Shown piece after piece: positions 39,001 through 53,128 of a DNA stretch of 64,000 nucleotides (positions are counted from its first letter, which is position 1; each line of letters opens with the position of its first letter). A program made the position numbers and the translations under genes. The notes beneath the pieces were generated by a model that worked only from the letters and a program-made list of their open reading frames with translations, had not been told where the DNA came from and did no database searches. The stretch is from assembly GCF_006345805.1 (NCBI RefSeq), contig NC_043004.1:20832001-20896000 (forward strand), written 5' to 3'. Origin of the DNA: Octopus sinensis. Its lineage: Eukaryota.

Positions 39001-40345
39001 GTGATTGGCTAAGTTAAAGCATTGGACAGAATGCACAATGATATTCGGTGGTGGTGCTGCTGCTGCTACTTCTTCTTATGATGATGATGATGACGATGAC
39101 GACAGCAATGTTGATGGTGATGACAATTTTGTTGAGATAGATTTGAATTTTTTAATAACTATTCTTCCAATTATTCTGTGATTTGTGTTAAGAAATATTT
39201 CTGAAGAATGTTCGAAAGTAATATTTGTTTATTGTTTACTGTCAGAAGATCAACGAAATAAAAGACATTTCTTTTAAAAAAATAATTATTTATAATAAAA
39301 CTGTAAAAACTGATAAAGATTATAATCCAATGAATTTTAAAGAAATTTCTTTTCCAGATAATTCAATTAAAATGTCAAATGTAAATCTTCATACGGAAAT
39401 GTCTGAGAGATTTCAAAGATGAAGAATTCATACCTGAAGTAAAATTAATGAAAAAAAATTAACATATCTTCTGTTGATTACGACAGCCATTTGAAATGTC
39501 AGTTCATTTACTAAACATTTTTTTATGTGATTACCTTTTATTTGGTTTATCTATAATCTCTCTGTTGTTGTTTAAGCCCCAGATCAGTCTGCTCAAACAA
39601 TGAATGCATGAAGACATAATTTCACTTCAAGACAGCAATGTGTGATTTGAGGGAGATTTGGTTACTATTTTTGTAAGCTCTCTCATTGATTTATATCTTC
39701 ATTGTTAGCAGTTACAGAATAAACAGTAGTTGATGTGAGCGAAATGACTGAATTTTTGGTATCATCGGTCTGCCAGCTCTTGTTCTTCATTTTAAATCCA
39801 GTGAGATCATTTTATTGTGTATTTGATTAGTCATACACTTGATTCTGTCCCTACACCACCCAGATGCTGGAAATAGGTGACAAGTCATGCTTATCTTTTG
39901 AACGTAGTGATATTAGTTGCTTTGTTTTGTTATTTTCCACAAGCATCAGTAATGTTGTTAGAGAAACAATTTTTTTCGAATTAATGCTATTTCATTCACA
40001 TTTTTAGTTTTTGTCTGAGGATATAATCATATCACTGAAATGTTGAAAACATTTTACAATATCATTTAAACTGCTATAAGAATTACTGTTATTTTTATAC
40101 ACATTTATTAGTTTTGTCAAAAAGAATATACTCTTGAAATGGTGAAAATATTTCAGATAATAATTCAAGTCAGTTGACAAATTATTAGTGGTAGTACTTT
40201 TGAATCTCAGCCTTCCAATAAAGAAAAAGAGAGATGTGTGAGAAGACAAACATATAAAGACAAGTATAACTTGAGGAAAATTCCTGGAGACACATGATGC
40301 AGGATAAGTTAATAGTAAAGTGGGTAATGTCATATTTAATGCAGT

Positions 40346-40349
<4 letters not shown>

Positions 40350-40378
<29 letters not shown>

Positions 40379-40712
40379 GTTTAACGTCCACTTTCCATGC
40401 TAGCATGGGTTGGACGATTTGACTGAGGTCTGGCGAACCAGATGGCTGTACCAGACTCCAATCTGATCTGGCAGAGTTTCTACAGCTGGATGCCCCTCCT
40501 AACGCCAACCACTCTGAGAGTGTAGTGGGTGCTTTTACATGCCACCAGCACGAGGGTCAGCCTGGCGGTACTAGCAATGGCCATGCTCAAATGATGCTTT
40601 TTATGTGCCACCTGCACAGGTGCCAGTCCAGCGGCACTGGCAACAACCTCGCTCGAATGTTTTTTCACATGCCACCAGCACAAGTGCCAGTAAGGCGACG
40701 CAGGTAACGATT
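40350..40712 (-). mobile_element. RTE 3' UTR/tail copy
   Basis: catcatcgtttaacgtccactttccatgctagcatgggttgg...; further copies ~4170-4360, 13470-13605, 24300-24540, 42430-42660, 44380-44660, 50170-50330, 59105-59445. Confidence 0.8.
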
Positions 40713-43326
40713 AATTTAACTGAAATTCTTAATGATGGGGGGAAATATTTGTTTGAAATGAGATGAAATGAGGAAGCTGAGGAGTGAAAAGAAATACCAG
40801 CTAACAGCGAGTTAATGAATTTGTATTGCTGTGTGTTTGTACTTGTTTATATGTGTGTATGTATTTGTAGGTATGCCTATGACTGTGCGTCTATATACTG
40901 AATATCAATGCAGCCATATAAGTAGCTGTTCCTGATGGAGTGTGTGTGTACATGTATGTTTCAGCATGTTTGTGTGCATAATTGTGGGTATTGGTGTGTG
41001 CATTAGGCAGGGCATGGATACGTGCATGTGTATACTCTCTAGTAGTTGGGTGTTTAGGAGGGAAGCAAAGTAACCAGGAGGGTTTGTTGTCTCAAGTTAC
41101 ATTGTAGGGGGAAACGGGTGGGATTAGAAAATGTAGTTGATATATGTTGTTTATATGTATGGGTGTATATGTATGTGTGCGTGTGCACATGAATATGTAT
41201 CTGTTAGTATGTAACATATATGCCTGCATTTGTCACTGTACTTCTGGCTGTGTATATGAGTGTGTGTTTGCATGTGTTCTCAAACAATGATGTATGTGAC
41301 TAGAAGCGCTTGGTAATACATTGTATGTATGTGCATGTGTGTGTGTATGTGTGTGTATTTGTGTGTGTTTGTGTGTGTGTGATGCATGTATTGAACGTGG
41401 AAGCCTGTTATGCTTGTCATGTTAACTTATGTATGCATTTGTGTAGGGCTTATTATGTTTGTGACAGCAGAGAGTGTAATGTTTACAAGTACACACAGAA
41501 ACCACAAATATGTAATTTTTGCTTATTTTTGTATTAACAAAAAACCAAAAAAAAAAAACAAAACAAAAAAACCACTATGGAAAGGACCTAAGTAGACTTG
41601 GAGTCCTTTACATAAAAAGAGTGCTTGAAGAACTTCATGTTCAGCGAGAAACAAATATTCATTTACAATGGGGTTTAAAACATAAACAGACTGGGGCTTC
41701 TCTTCTGAAGGAAAATGGAAATTATTTTGCAATAATTCAATTCTGAATGTTCGTTGTTGTATGTTTCTTGGTGAACCCTGATTGAGCAGACGTGACATCA
41801 GATCTGTTCCTGGCTCGACTGTTCCATGTTATAGCATTCTATTTTTTATGACTAAAAGGTGTAATTTGAAGGCAATATGTCTTCTATTTCTAACTAGTCA
41901 TATGATCACTTAGAAGAATCCTTGCTGACTCACATTTTCACTACATGTGAGTCACTCATGCTGGTGACATGTAAAATGGAGAGGTTTGCATTGGGAAGGG
42001 CATCAAGTCATAGAAATTAAGTCAAAACAGACTGGAGGAACCCGTGCAGCATGGAAAGTGGATGCTAAATGATGATGATGATGATGATGATAGTCACAAA
42101 TTCTTATATAGACATTTAGACATTTAGGGGAGAAATTAGTTGATCATTAGAACCATCAATGTATCACACTTTTGATAGGCCCTTTACTGTGATAGTTGTC
42201 TTGAGATAACATCTCTTATGAGTGTGTTGTGGTAAAAGAACATTTAATATCAGAGCAAGTAAAAAAAAAATCACCTCAGCAGCAGCCAGAGAGAATGTCA
42301 AATGCATTTTGGCCTTTTTGAGCCTTTTTAATGGTGTATATTTACATTTTGGCTTTTTGGAGGGCTTTTTCAATGTGTAGATACCTCCAATTTAGAAAAC
42401 AATGAATAAAACTGATGTAAATAGCCACTCATCATCATCATCCTCATTGCTTAATGTCCTCCTTGTATGCTGGCATGGTTGGACAGTTTGACAGGAGCTG
42501 GCCAGGTAGAAGACTGTACATCTGTGTCTGTTTTAACTTAGGTTTTACAACAGGGTGCCCTTCCTAACACCAACCACCCTGCAGAATGGACTGAGTGCTT
42601 TTTATATGGAACCAGTACAGGTGACATCAATTTTAGGATGGTTTCTACAGCTGGATCATAAAGAAAATAATGAGGAAGTATTAAATTAAAACAGTCATCT
42701 ATGTATCATACTTAATGTTTATAAACCTTTGATAAGTCAGTTACAGTAGTTTTTGTTCTGAGAGTAAGTACTTTATTTTATCAGTTTTTAAAAGGTGAAA
42801 AGTAAAGCTCATCATAACAAAATTTGAACTCAGAAGGTAATGGATAGTAACTAAACACTGCAAGACATTTTCTCCAAAGTCTTTGCCAATTTTCTGCTGC
42901 TTCCCTCATCATCTTTGCACTTATTAAAAAGCAGCAATTTTTCAAAAATGCTGCAATAATTCAATGTTTCTCTGAAGACATGAGCTATAAGTTTTACATC
43001 CTCATTCCAGGATAACTTTGTGGAGTTAAATTTCTAATTTATTTCTTAATATTCATTCTATTTTCATAAATCAAAATACATAATGATCTTTTTATCATTT
43101 GGAGTCATCGGTTTTCCATTTTCTATGTTGTCAGGTGTTGGATGGCAATTTTAGATAGTTATATTAAATAACATTTACGTATAGCTGCAGGAATATACAC
43201 TGTTCAATATACATTTTTTTCCCTTCATTACTTATAAATATTATACACTATACATACATACATACATACATATATATTATATATATATATATATATATGA
43301 CTCCGAATGATAAAAAGATCATATAT

Positions 43327-43368
<42 letters not shown>

Positions 43369-45235
43369 ACAATGTAAATACTTTTTTAACTGATTTTTCT
43401 TTCTACATGACAATATAAGTTGATTGTGCTTTCTTGCTTAAAAACACTGAAAGTTTCTACATGAATGGAGTGCTAGAGATACGATATAAATAAAATGTAG
43501 ATATATAGCGATATAATTCTTTAATTACTATATATTAGAACATAATATGTTGCAGGAAGGCACTGTAGGATTTGTGACAGCTTATAATAAATCCAAGAGA
43601 AACAGGATCTAAGAAATTGTATAGCAACAGGAGCAGTTGCAGTAATAGTAATTCTTGTAGCTGTTGTTTGTTTCTTAATATGTCAACCCTGAATTAGTAA
43701 ACCTGTGTTCAAATCTCTCCCCTCTGTCATTTCAAGAGTATATCTAGGCTTACTTTCAATGTATCAGCTCCTTATATAAGGAGACTAGAGTTTGTGTTTA
43801 GGTTAGGATGTGATTTGAGTGAGATGTGGTTGGTGTTTTAATTAAAGTGACTGTGTAGAGGTTCCTTTAGTCATTAATTGTCATGTGCATCAGCTTAATG
43901 ACGGATTCAGTTTAGACAAAGACTTGGACAGGGAAATGTGTTTTTAAGAATAGAGAAAACACGTGTGTGTGTACAACTGACAAACTCCTTACAATTTTTA
44001 GATAAAAATTCTAAGAACAAGGAGTGAGCTGTCACAAGCCATAGTAGAAGACACCTGCCTCTAGAACCTTGCAGTGTAAGTGAACTAAAACTCACCAAGT
44101 TGTGATGTGAGCTTCTGCGCTACATGGTCATAGCTGTGCTTGTTATCATAAAAGTTGTAAATTCATAAATAAAATACATGGGTGAAATATGTAGATGGAA
44201 TAGAAAGGTGCTGAAACCATCTGAATATTTCTGAGGCATAATTATTTGGTATCATTAGTAGCTCATACAGCAGTATTTCTCCTTTTTTTTTATCCACACA
44301 CCCACTTCCATTTTCCAAATAACTTGTACATGAATAACATATCATTGTCGTCAACATCATCATCGTCATCCCCGACGTCATCATTATTGTCATCATTTAA
44401 CATTTCTTATCCATGCTGGCATGGGTGGACGGTTTGGTAGGACCTAGCAAGGCTGGGAGCTGCACCAAGCTCCTTTGTCTGTAGAGACCATTGTCTTGAT
44501 TTCAACAGCAGGATACCCTTCCTAATGCCAACCACTGGATGCCCTTCCTAATGCCAACCACTGTACAGGATTACTGGATGCTTTTTATATGGCACCAGTG
44601 CCAGTGCTCTGTGTGTGGAACCAGCGTTGGTGCTTTTTATGTGCTTTTTTACATGGCATCATCACTGATAGGGTCATCAAGCACCTTTCAAGACAAAAAT
44701 CCCTTAGCTTGGGGTGAAGTGAGGAGAAGTATTGTGTGGGGTGCTTTGTGTTAGTTGAGATACTAATGTATAGGGGGACAAAGATAAATATCTTGCTGTA
44801 GAGTAGATGCATGGGTACCCTATTTGGAAAAGAAAGGAGAGCAAGTTAAAGAGTAAGATAAAGAGAGTGATAGTGAGAGAGATGATGATGAAAATGTGTA
44901 AGGACATGTTCTTGAGGAACATTGAGGGCAGTGAGAACAGGTGTGGTGACATTGAAGTTTGAACTAGATGAGGGGGTAGGGTAGAGGTGATTGTAACAGA
45001 TGCTGGAGAGAAATATAGGAGATGCTAGTGGGTGGGTCAAAAAGGTTTAACTGAAACTTTGTTGCAAATGTTAATCACTTGCTAATTACTTACACTCCCT
45101 TCTGAAGTTTCACATCTCCCAAAATATTGCTATGTACCACGAATGGGGCATGTGCTTTGAGAAATACTGCTCATGTAGTTTTACATGTTATTGCTTTGCT
45201 CCATGTCAGCTTTAAATCAGAAGATCCAAATTTAA

Positions 45236-45454
45236 CTCTTTACCATTCAGATTACTCTGTCAAAATTAATGCTTATTTATTCACATTATTTTTAATTTAT
45301 CATGTAATACCTCATAGCTTTGAGATTTCAATGATGTGATTGCTTGTTTTTAGAATGACATTATAGGGTAGGTGTGAGAGGCCTAACCTAGCCATTTTGA
45401 ACATATAATAGGTAACTATTTGGGTCTGATATAGTTGGTTTAAATGCTAATGGG
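45236..45454 (-). mobile_element. piggyBac-type MITE
   Basis: TTAA flanks at 45232-45235 and 45455-45458; reverse-orientation relative of 60590-60810. Confidence 0.7.
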
Positions 45455-46289
45455 TTAAAGGTATTCCAGCCATGACCACTCCACTTTTCTTTGTTTATTT
45501 ACATCAAACAGCATTGTCTAATTTACTCTTCTTTATATAAGATGTTTGAATATGACTGAAGGGTGATGTAACTGCTATTTCTTACAGAAAGGGCTATCAT
45601 GTTGCAACTTTGTCAGTGACTCAAGTCATATTAATCTCTCAATCTATGTGAAAAATAATATTCCTACCATTTCTCTCATTATTTTTAGAGAAGTCACACA
45701 ACTAGGCAAGACAATGAATTCCTAATCAAATATATTACACACAACAACTTGGAATATTGATATCAAATAAAATAAAAGACAAAAAGTTATCAGATATGTA
45801 AAGATGAGCAAGTTATATATATTCATTCAAATGATTTAATAATACAAACTAGATTTCTGGTTGTTTATGAGGAATTTCATGATTTGATTGTTGGTGTACG
45901 TATTTTTGTTTGAGATCTTTTTTTTTTCTAATATATAAAATAAACATTATGAAAGGTATTTTGTTTTTGTTTGATATTGTCCTTAGGCAAGCTACACTAC
46001 TCTGGTTTATGTATATGTGAAAATAGATGAATGCAGTGGTCGATAAATTGGAACAGCATCAAAGAGAAAATATTTACAACAAATAGCTAAGTCAATGGAT
46101 AAATTATTGAATTCTTACCAGCTTGGAAAATATCATTGCCGTGTGTGTGTGTGTATGCGCGCACGCGTGTGTGTGAAATCTATGTATTTGTATATAAATA
46201 CTCATATACAAATACATACACCACACAAATATGCGATGAATAATATTGATAATAATAATAATAATAATAATAACAACAACAGCAGCAAT

Positions 46290-47070
46290 AAAAAATGAAA
46301 AAATGTGGCATCTTAAGGCGACTACAGTACCAGTGATTGTAGGATCTCTAGGAATGATAAAAAAAAAGGTACTGAAACCTATTTGAAAATGATACCAGGT
46401 TACCACTCCTACAGGAAGTGCAAAAAATAGTGTTAACTGGAACGACTCATGTACTGAGAAGAGTATTATTGCTGTGAAAACAACATCCATTCATGAATTT
46501 ATTTATTTATCAATTTTTTTAAATACATATTTTACCTGTGAATTTGCATGTGTAATCTGGGAATGCATACAATGAGCTTCTCTGCCCCAGGTGTATGAAA
46601 GATACTCATCGAGAAATGGAAGAAAATTTGAAGAAAGAAGAACAAAAAATAATAATAATCATACGTGAAGTATTAGGGAACAAATAAGGGCTGCAATAAT
46701 GGTGGAGCACTTGCAGAAAACAGAGCACTGCTTGGAACTGCTCAAATACTCTGGAAGATGCTCGAAAAATATGAGGTGTTACCTTAGCTCACTTGTAGTG
46801 AACAGCTGACACTGTAGTACATCTCCAGCATTAGAAGCTGTGCAAAGGCAATGATAATAATAATAATATAGACAAATGGCTGAAGGAGATTGAAATAGAA
46901 TGTCTGCCTCCTAGAGACAGTTAGGATTATCAGGAGGGTCCTAAGCACTTAAAAGACTGCTGGAAACTTGTGGATACCTAAGTTACAGATAGTAACCTGC
47001 TACCCACATAAATCCTACGAGAAACAAGACCAGACTTGAGCCAAAGCCAAAATAGTAGTAATAATAATAA
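46290..47070 (+). mobile_element. Three stacked R4/Dong-type (RLE) non-LTR retrotransposon 3' ends in (TAA)n
   Basis: KMWHLKATTVPVIVGSLGMIKK...LLQEVQKIVLTGTTHVLRRVL; LQKT.LLGTAQIL; VRIIRRVLS; each followed by aataataat. Confidence 0.8.
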
Positions 47071-47769
47071 CTTTTACTTGCTTGTAATGAAGGGGCATTA
47101 TAGGGACAGCTTTCAATTTGTGTGAAGGGGTACATAGAAATGAAGAAGAAAAGGGACAAGGGAGGGGAAGAAATGAGATAAAAAGTATGAATTTTATACA
47201 AAATATTTAAATACATGAACGGCACAGTCCTTCTTTTAAAGGAGAGCCTACAGTAAGTCAGTTAAGGAATCCTACAAACTGAAGGTCGCTCAAGCTACCA
47301 AGGCATGATCCCTCACCTAACTACTGTTATCTAATCTTTAGATGCATGCTTAGAGTAGTTGCATTCATTCTAACCACTTCCACCAGTTTGTTGAAAGAAA
47401 GGATCTTCCTCTCCACCCTCACTTTTCGCAGCATACGTAGATCAGGACAGGGGGTCCCTAGATTCATGAGGCCTCTGGACAACTACCCAGTGTACCCATA
47501 TCTTAAGATGGCACTGATGAGCAGCTCATGCCACAAATTTAGACTGATGGATGTAAAGAATGCTAGTTATGGCTGATAGAGGGGGAAACCTGAAACAAAA
47601 AATCTAATTGCTAATTATAATCACATAAGAACAAGTCATTAAGATGGATTTGATAGAGGTAAAGGCTGATAAAAGGCTGGAATTTGAACTCAGAAAGTAA
47701 AGCTGGAAGAAATGTCACTAACCATTTTGTTTGGTATGTAGACGTAAGGCAAAAAAATAAGGTCTCTCT

Positions 47770-49240
47770 TACCTCAAGATATGACCATCAACGGTTTATC
47801 TAGACTTCAAGTCATGGGAACTAGTGGAACTTAATAATCATACTCACATGTGAACTCTACCCAAACCTCTGGCCAGAAAGAATTTCTCTCTCTAAAATGA
47901 TCTCTCCCATGCATCTGTCATACTTGATGCCCTGGTGAGAAAGAAGCTGTCCAAACACTCAGCTTCTTCACATGGTGTCATTTCCCTTCATTTTCAGTCC
48001 TGTTGTTACTTTTCCCACCTTACTTCTGGCACCTCCTTTCATTCCTCTACCCCACCTGATCTAAAGAACACTGTCCCTCTATTCTGTTTCAAAGTCATCC
48101 ATCCACCTAGGTGGGTAATGTTCCTTTTGTGATCATCATGGGGTCATGGCATCAACCTCTCCCTCCCCTTCATCATCAGAGGAACTAACCACCCTCCAAA
48201 CGTCCAAGATAGGACATGACATTCTGTCCACTAGTATACTATTCACAATACTGATTGTGGTCATCCTTCCTTCCTCCCTTTGCCTTGTGCACTGTTCATT
48301 AGAGGGCTTCACCCACAGTTTGCTTTGTACAGACACAACCCCTTCCATTTCTGGCTGCTCTGGAGCCATGTTTGGGTGTCTCCATTCATACCAGAATATG
48401 ACTGTTTGTGGAATCGACTCTTCAGTTTCTTCTATCCTAGGCAACATATTGTACCAAAAGACTACCTCAGTGGTGGAGATTTGCTCCCTCTCAGCCATGG
48501 CTTTGATTGTGTGATGGTGTTGTTCCACATTCCTATTTTCACTGAGCCTGTTTGCAGCTCTGAAATAATGTCTGATGTTCCACCTTTTAAGCATCTATTT
48601 CTTCTGCTCTGAACAAAAAGCTGTGCTGTTGGCCATCAAAAGCTCATCTTCTGGTCCACTTTCCAAGAATACTACATTCAGAACCTCTGCAAATTTGGCT
48701 GCAGTCTCTGTCCTAATTTCTCTCCATATTACTATTCATTCTGGTTCACAGTCAACTATTGAAAGGCATAACCTTCCCCAATAGCATGTCACATCTATTG
48801 CTAGCCTCTTTCAGTATTCCTTCATTTGAATCTCATCTGTTTTGGCACAGGGTTGATGGACTGACACCTGTCACAATTCCCAACAACCTTCCAAACGCTC
48901 TCCCTGGTGACACCAGGGTCAACTATCCTGGCCAAAAGCAAAGTCCTGTTGGCTCCCATGTGGTGCATGTTGTGCAGCCTCCTCAGTTCTCAGCCCTCCA
49001 ACCAACATGTTGCAGTCACTCCACTCAGTACATCCTCTGTCATTTCCAACTAGTGCTTTTTTGTAACCTGGTTAGAGCATCCACCTTATTTTTTTTTCCA
49101 AAGGCACAAAAATTACTTGCAGCTTCAGGCCAAACTCAGCAGCTAGCTCCTCCAGGATTCCCAGGTGATGCTTAATTAACATTTTGTGGCCCCTTTCTTA
49201 AGGATCCTCTTCTGGTTGGTAATCACTAATGCAACCATCA
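47770..49240 (-). mobile_element. Decayed Ty3/Gypsy pol (integrase) remnant
   Basis: ORF 48136-48594 (RWNIRHYFRAA.R.S.N..VE.HH.TIKAMAER...VFWYN) plus upstream IWREIRTETAA...GPEDELLM.NSTAFCS form an rve integrase core. Confidence 0.8.
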
Positions 49241-49261
49241 CCTACACTTTAGCAGAATCAG

Positions 49262-49450
49262 TTTGATATACAGACATAAATGGTAAAAATCAATGATGTT
49301 ATAATGTTATAATGGAATTTGGCAGTTCTTACATGGGAAAAGAGAGAAAAAGAGAGAGATTACTTTTCACTTTTATTTATTTTTTTTTTTTTTGCAAGAG
49401 TGAGAAATCATATTAAGAATCTGTTGTATTCTTTTACTGCTAGAGAAATA
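49262..49450 (+). repeat. Diverged direct repeat, second copy at ~51664-51865
   Basis: ataaatggtaaaa...ataatgttataatgga.tttgg...ttcttacatg...taagaatctgtt...ttttact.ctaga.aaata in both. Confidence 0.8.
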
Positions 49451-49599
49451 AATAGAAGAATTTAAACAAAAATGTAAAGAGAGAAAATGAAAAATTAAAA
49501 AATATAATCCCTTAAAATTTGAAATTGCGAGAATTTAGAATATGAAAACTGTAAAAGTTGTGCCTGCAATAAATGGTGAATTAGGAATTGTGAATAACA

Positions 49600-49810
49600 A
49601 AAACAGACATATGGTTGAAGGAGATTAGAATAGAATGTCTTGCAGAGCTTCTTCAGAAAGTTTTCTTCTGTGGGACAGGAAAGATTACCAGAAGAGTTTT
49701 GAGTACTTGAAGGATAAATAAAAGCTTGTAGGTATCTAAGGTTACGTCTAGTAACCCACTACCCACATAAATTCTTCCAGGAATAAGAACAAACCTGAGT
49801 CAAATCAAGA
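49600..49810 (+). mobile_element. R4/Dong-type 3' end
   Basis: WLKEIRIECLAELLQK...GTGKITRRVLS; similar to 46870-47070. Confidence 0.7.
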
Positions 49811-49819
49811 TATAATGAT

Positions 49820-50520
49820 AATAATCCTTTCTACTATAGGCACATGGCCTGAAATTTTTGGGGAAGGGGCTAGTCGAATAAATTGATCCCAGTGCTTGAC
49901 TGGTGCTTATTTTATCAACCCTGAAAGGACAAAAGCAGAATTTACAACCACTACTACTAACAATAATAATCCTTTCTATTATAGGCACAGAAATTTGGAG
50001 GTGGGGACTAGGCAATCACATCGACTCCAGCATTTCACTGGCACTTAATTTATCGACTGCAAAAGGATAAAAGAGAAAGTTGACTTTGGGGGAATTTGAA
50101 CTCAAAAGCATTTTGCTCAGTGTGCTAATGATTCTGTCAGCTTGCCACTTTATAATAATAATAATAATAATCATCGTTTAACGTCTGCTTTCCATGCTGG
50201 CATGGGTTGGATTGTTTGACTGAGGACTGGTGAGCCAGATAACTGCACCAGGCTCCAATCTGATCTGGCAGAGTTTCTACAGCTGGATGCCCTTCCTAAC
50301 GCCAACCACTTCGAGAGTGTAGTGCCAACCACTCTGATATCCTTTCTACTATAGGCACAAGACCTGAAATTTGGTGGCAGGGGATAGTTGATTACATCGA
50401 CCCAGTACACAACTGGTACTTATTTTATCGACCCTAAAAGGATGAAAGGTTAAGCTGACTTTGGCAGAATTTGAACTCAAAATATAAAGATGGACAAAAT
50501 GTCACTAAGCATTTTGTCCA
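49820..50520 (-). mobile_element. Cluster of family-B SINEs interrupted by an RTE tail
   Basis: Repeated aatcctttctactataggcaca...gaaatt...ggtacttattttatc...gaatttgaactc. Confidence 0.8.
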
Positions 50521-50544
50521 TTTCTACTACTACTACTACTACTA

Positions 50545-50990
50545 CAAACAAATCAGGTGCTAGAGCATAGCAGATTAGGCCTACTGGTGGTGCACAAGGT
50601 GCACCACATATGTTATATAGTTGATGTTGCATGTCCCTTTGACCCACAAATAGTTAAGAAGGAAGACTAAAAGATAGACAGATACAACCCAGTTAAGTAT
50701 GAAATAGCCTGGCTATGGAAAAGGAAGAAGATGAAGATAGTACTAATTGTTGTTGGGTCCTTGGAAACAGTATTAGAAGGCATCAAGCGGAATATAAAGG
50801 GAATTGTAATCGAGTGCCCAATAGAACTGTTACAAAAGGTTTGCCTCCTTGGCACGGCCAGAATAATCAGGAAAGTATTATATAGCTGAAAAGAATGAAT
50901 AGCATGGTACCATATATTGCAGGTAGTAAATCCACTATGCATGCAAGACTCAAGAAGCTCTGACAAAACCTGTGATAAAGAGAAATAATA
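50545..50990 (+). mobile_element. R4/Dong-type retrotransposon restriction-like endonuclease domain and 3' UTR
   Basis: In frame 50545-50889: QTNQVLEHSRLGLLVVHKVHHICYIVDVACPFDPQIVKKED*KIDRYNPVKYEIAWLWK...LIVVGSLETV...LLQKVCLLGTARIIRKVL; one stop; RPD decayed to RLG. Confidence 0.88.
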
Positions 50991-51894
50991 ATGTTAATGA
51001 TAATGATAATAATAATCCTTTCTGTTATTAGGCACAAGGTTCGAAATTTCGGGAGAGGATTATAGGCATTTTCACTGGCCCCATTGCTGAACTGGTACTG
51101 GTTTTATCAGCCTTGAAAGATTGAAGGGCAAAGCTCACCCCAAAATATTAATGATAATAACAATACAAGCAAACAACAGCTACAAAGTACTCAATACTAA
51201 GAGCAGAATAGTAATATTGATCAAGGTTATGTGTGTGATATGTGTATATATATATATGTATGTGCAACTGTGTGTGTGTGTGTGCATGTACGTGTATCTG
51301 CGTGCATGTGTGTGTAAGTAAATGCATATACTTTTTATGTGATGGACCTGCTCATGAAAGCATCCTGCAATTTAAGGCTTCTGTGGCCAATAAAATACAG
51401 GGGAGCCAAAAAAAAGAAAAATCATGCACAAAATAAGTCTCATGTACTTTGAAATTTTCTAAAATTGAATAAAATATAAAATAATGATGAATATTAATGT
51501 ACTTGTACATGATAAATGAAATGAATAATAACATAAAACAACAAATGTTTTGGTGTATGTCTTTTTACCCACCCTGTATGATAGGTTTATCACGTTGCAC
51601 AATATACTATCATAGATCGAAATAATGATTAAGTTCAAAGCATAGCTATCCTTAAAATATGACTTTGAAACAGATATATGCAATAAATGGTAAAATCATT
51701 GCTGTGATAATGTTATAATGGAGTTTGGGGATTCTTACATGATAAAAGAGATAGAAAGAGAGAGAGAGAGTGCTTTTTACACTATTTTTTTTCTGTAAGG
51801 GAGAGAAATATCATGCTAAGAATCTGTTCTATTTTTCCTTTCTTTTTTACTACTAGAAAAATAAGTGAAATGGAATGAAGAGCATTATATAATT

Positions 51895-52293
51895 TTTGTG
51901 GGCTTGGCTGTGTGGTAATAAGTTTGCTTCCCAACTACATGGCTCTGTGTTCAGTCTCACTGCATGACACTTTGGACAATTGTCTTCTGCTATAGCCCCC
52001 GACCGACCAAAGCCTTGTGAATGGATGTGGTAGACAGAAACTGAAAGAAGCCCATTATATATATATATACTCTTTTTACTTGTTTCAGTCATTTGACTGC
52101 GGCCATGCTGGAGCACCGCCTTTAGTCGAGCAAATCGACCCCGGGACTTATTCTTTGTAAGCCCAGTACTTATTCTATCGGTCTTTTTTGCCGAACCGCT
52201 AAGTGACGGGGACGTAAACACACCAGCATCGGTTGTCAAGCAATGCTAGGGGGACAAATACAGACACACAATCACACACACATATATATATAT

Positions 52294-52327
<34 letters not shown>

Positions 52328-52490
52328 TATGACAGGCTTCTTTCAGTTTCCGTCTACCAAATCCACTCACAAGGCATTGGTCGGCCCGGGGCTATAGCAG
52401 AAGACACTTGCCCAAGATACCACACAGTGGGACTGAACCCGCAACCATGTGGTTGGTTAGCAAGCTACTTACCACACAGCCACTCCTGCA
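51895..52490. mobile_element. Convergent pair of family-A SINEs (+ partial 51895-52055; - full 52068-52490)
   Basis: Both match the 9230-9640 family, in opposite orientations. Confidence 0.85.
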
Positions 52491-52520
52491 CCTATTATAT
52501 ATATATATATACACACACAC

Positions 52521-52548
<28 letters not shown>

Positions 52549-52554
<6 letters not shown>

Positions 52555-52693
52555 ATAAGATCATTATTTAAAATACCAATCATATCAAGAGGCCAACATG
52601 GGAATAAAAGCAATAATTATTACCTATAAGGTTTTTATTCCCATGCTGGCCACTTGATATGATTGGTATTTTAAATAATAATCTTATCCTTAT
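52549..52693. repeat. Near-perfect hairpin, ~60-bp arms
   Basis: ataaggataagatcattatttaaaataccaatcatatcaag.ggcca.catgggaataaaa is complementary to ttttattcccatgctggccacttgatatgattggtattttaaataataatcttatccttat. Confidence 0.92.
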
Positions 52694-52833
52694 TTATATA
52701 AATTTATATATTTACTTCATCATTATATTCACTGCGATGGTATTTTGACCATATAGCACATGAAGTTTAGATGGACAATTAAGCCGGTCATGTGCATATG
52801 TACATGTATATGTACAGATAAGTATTCGTATGT

Positions 52834-52871
<38 letters not shown>

Positions 52872-53128
52872 CATATATATATTTGTAATTATGTAATATC
52901 TGTGTATATCCCGCTGAAGCAGCAGAGTATATTCTTATGCAAAGCCAGAAATCTAGATTTGGGATTATCCAATAATTTTTTGCTAGTTTATTTCTCCCTT
53001 TGTCTTTTTCTTCTGGTACTGTATGAATACTTGATGTGGTTTTATAGTCAAGTTTTGACTGCTATCTCTTGATAGATATAATTAGATATCCTTAATTAAA
53101 ATTTTAATATTTATATATATATACATAT

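Noticed and set aside
39355-39440. Splice-acceptor-like signals on both strands
   Set aside because: All following frames close quickly; no matching donor or recognisable peptide
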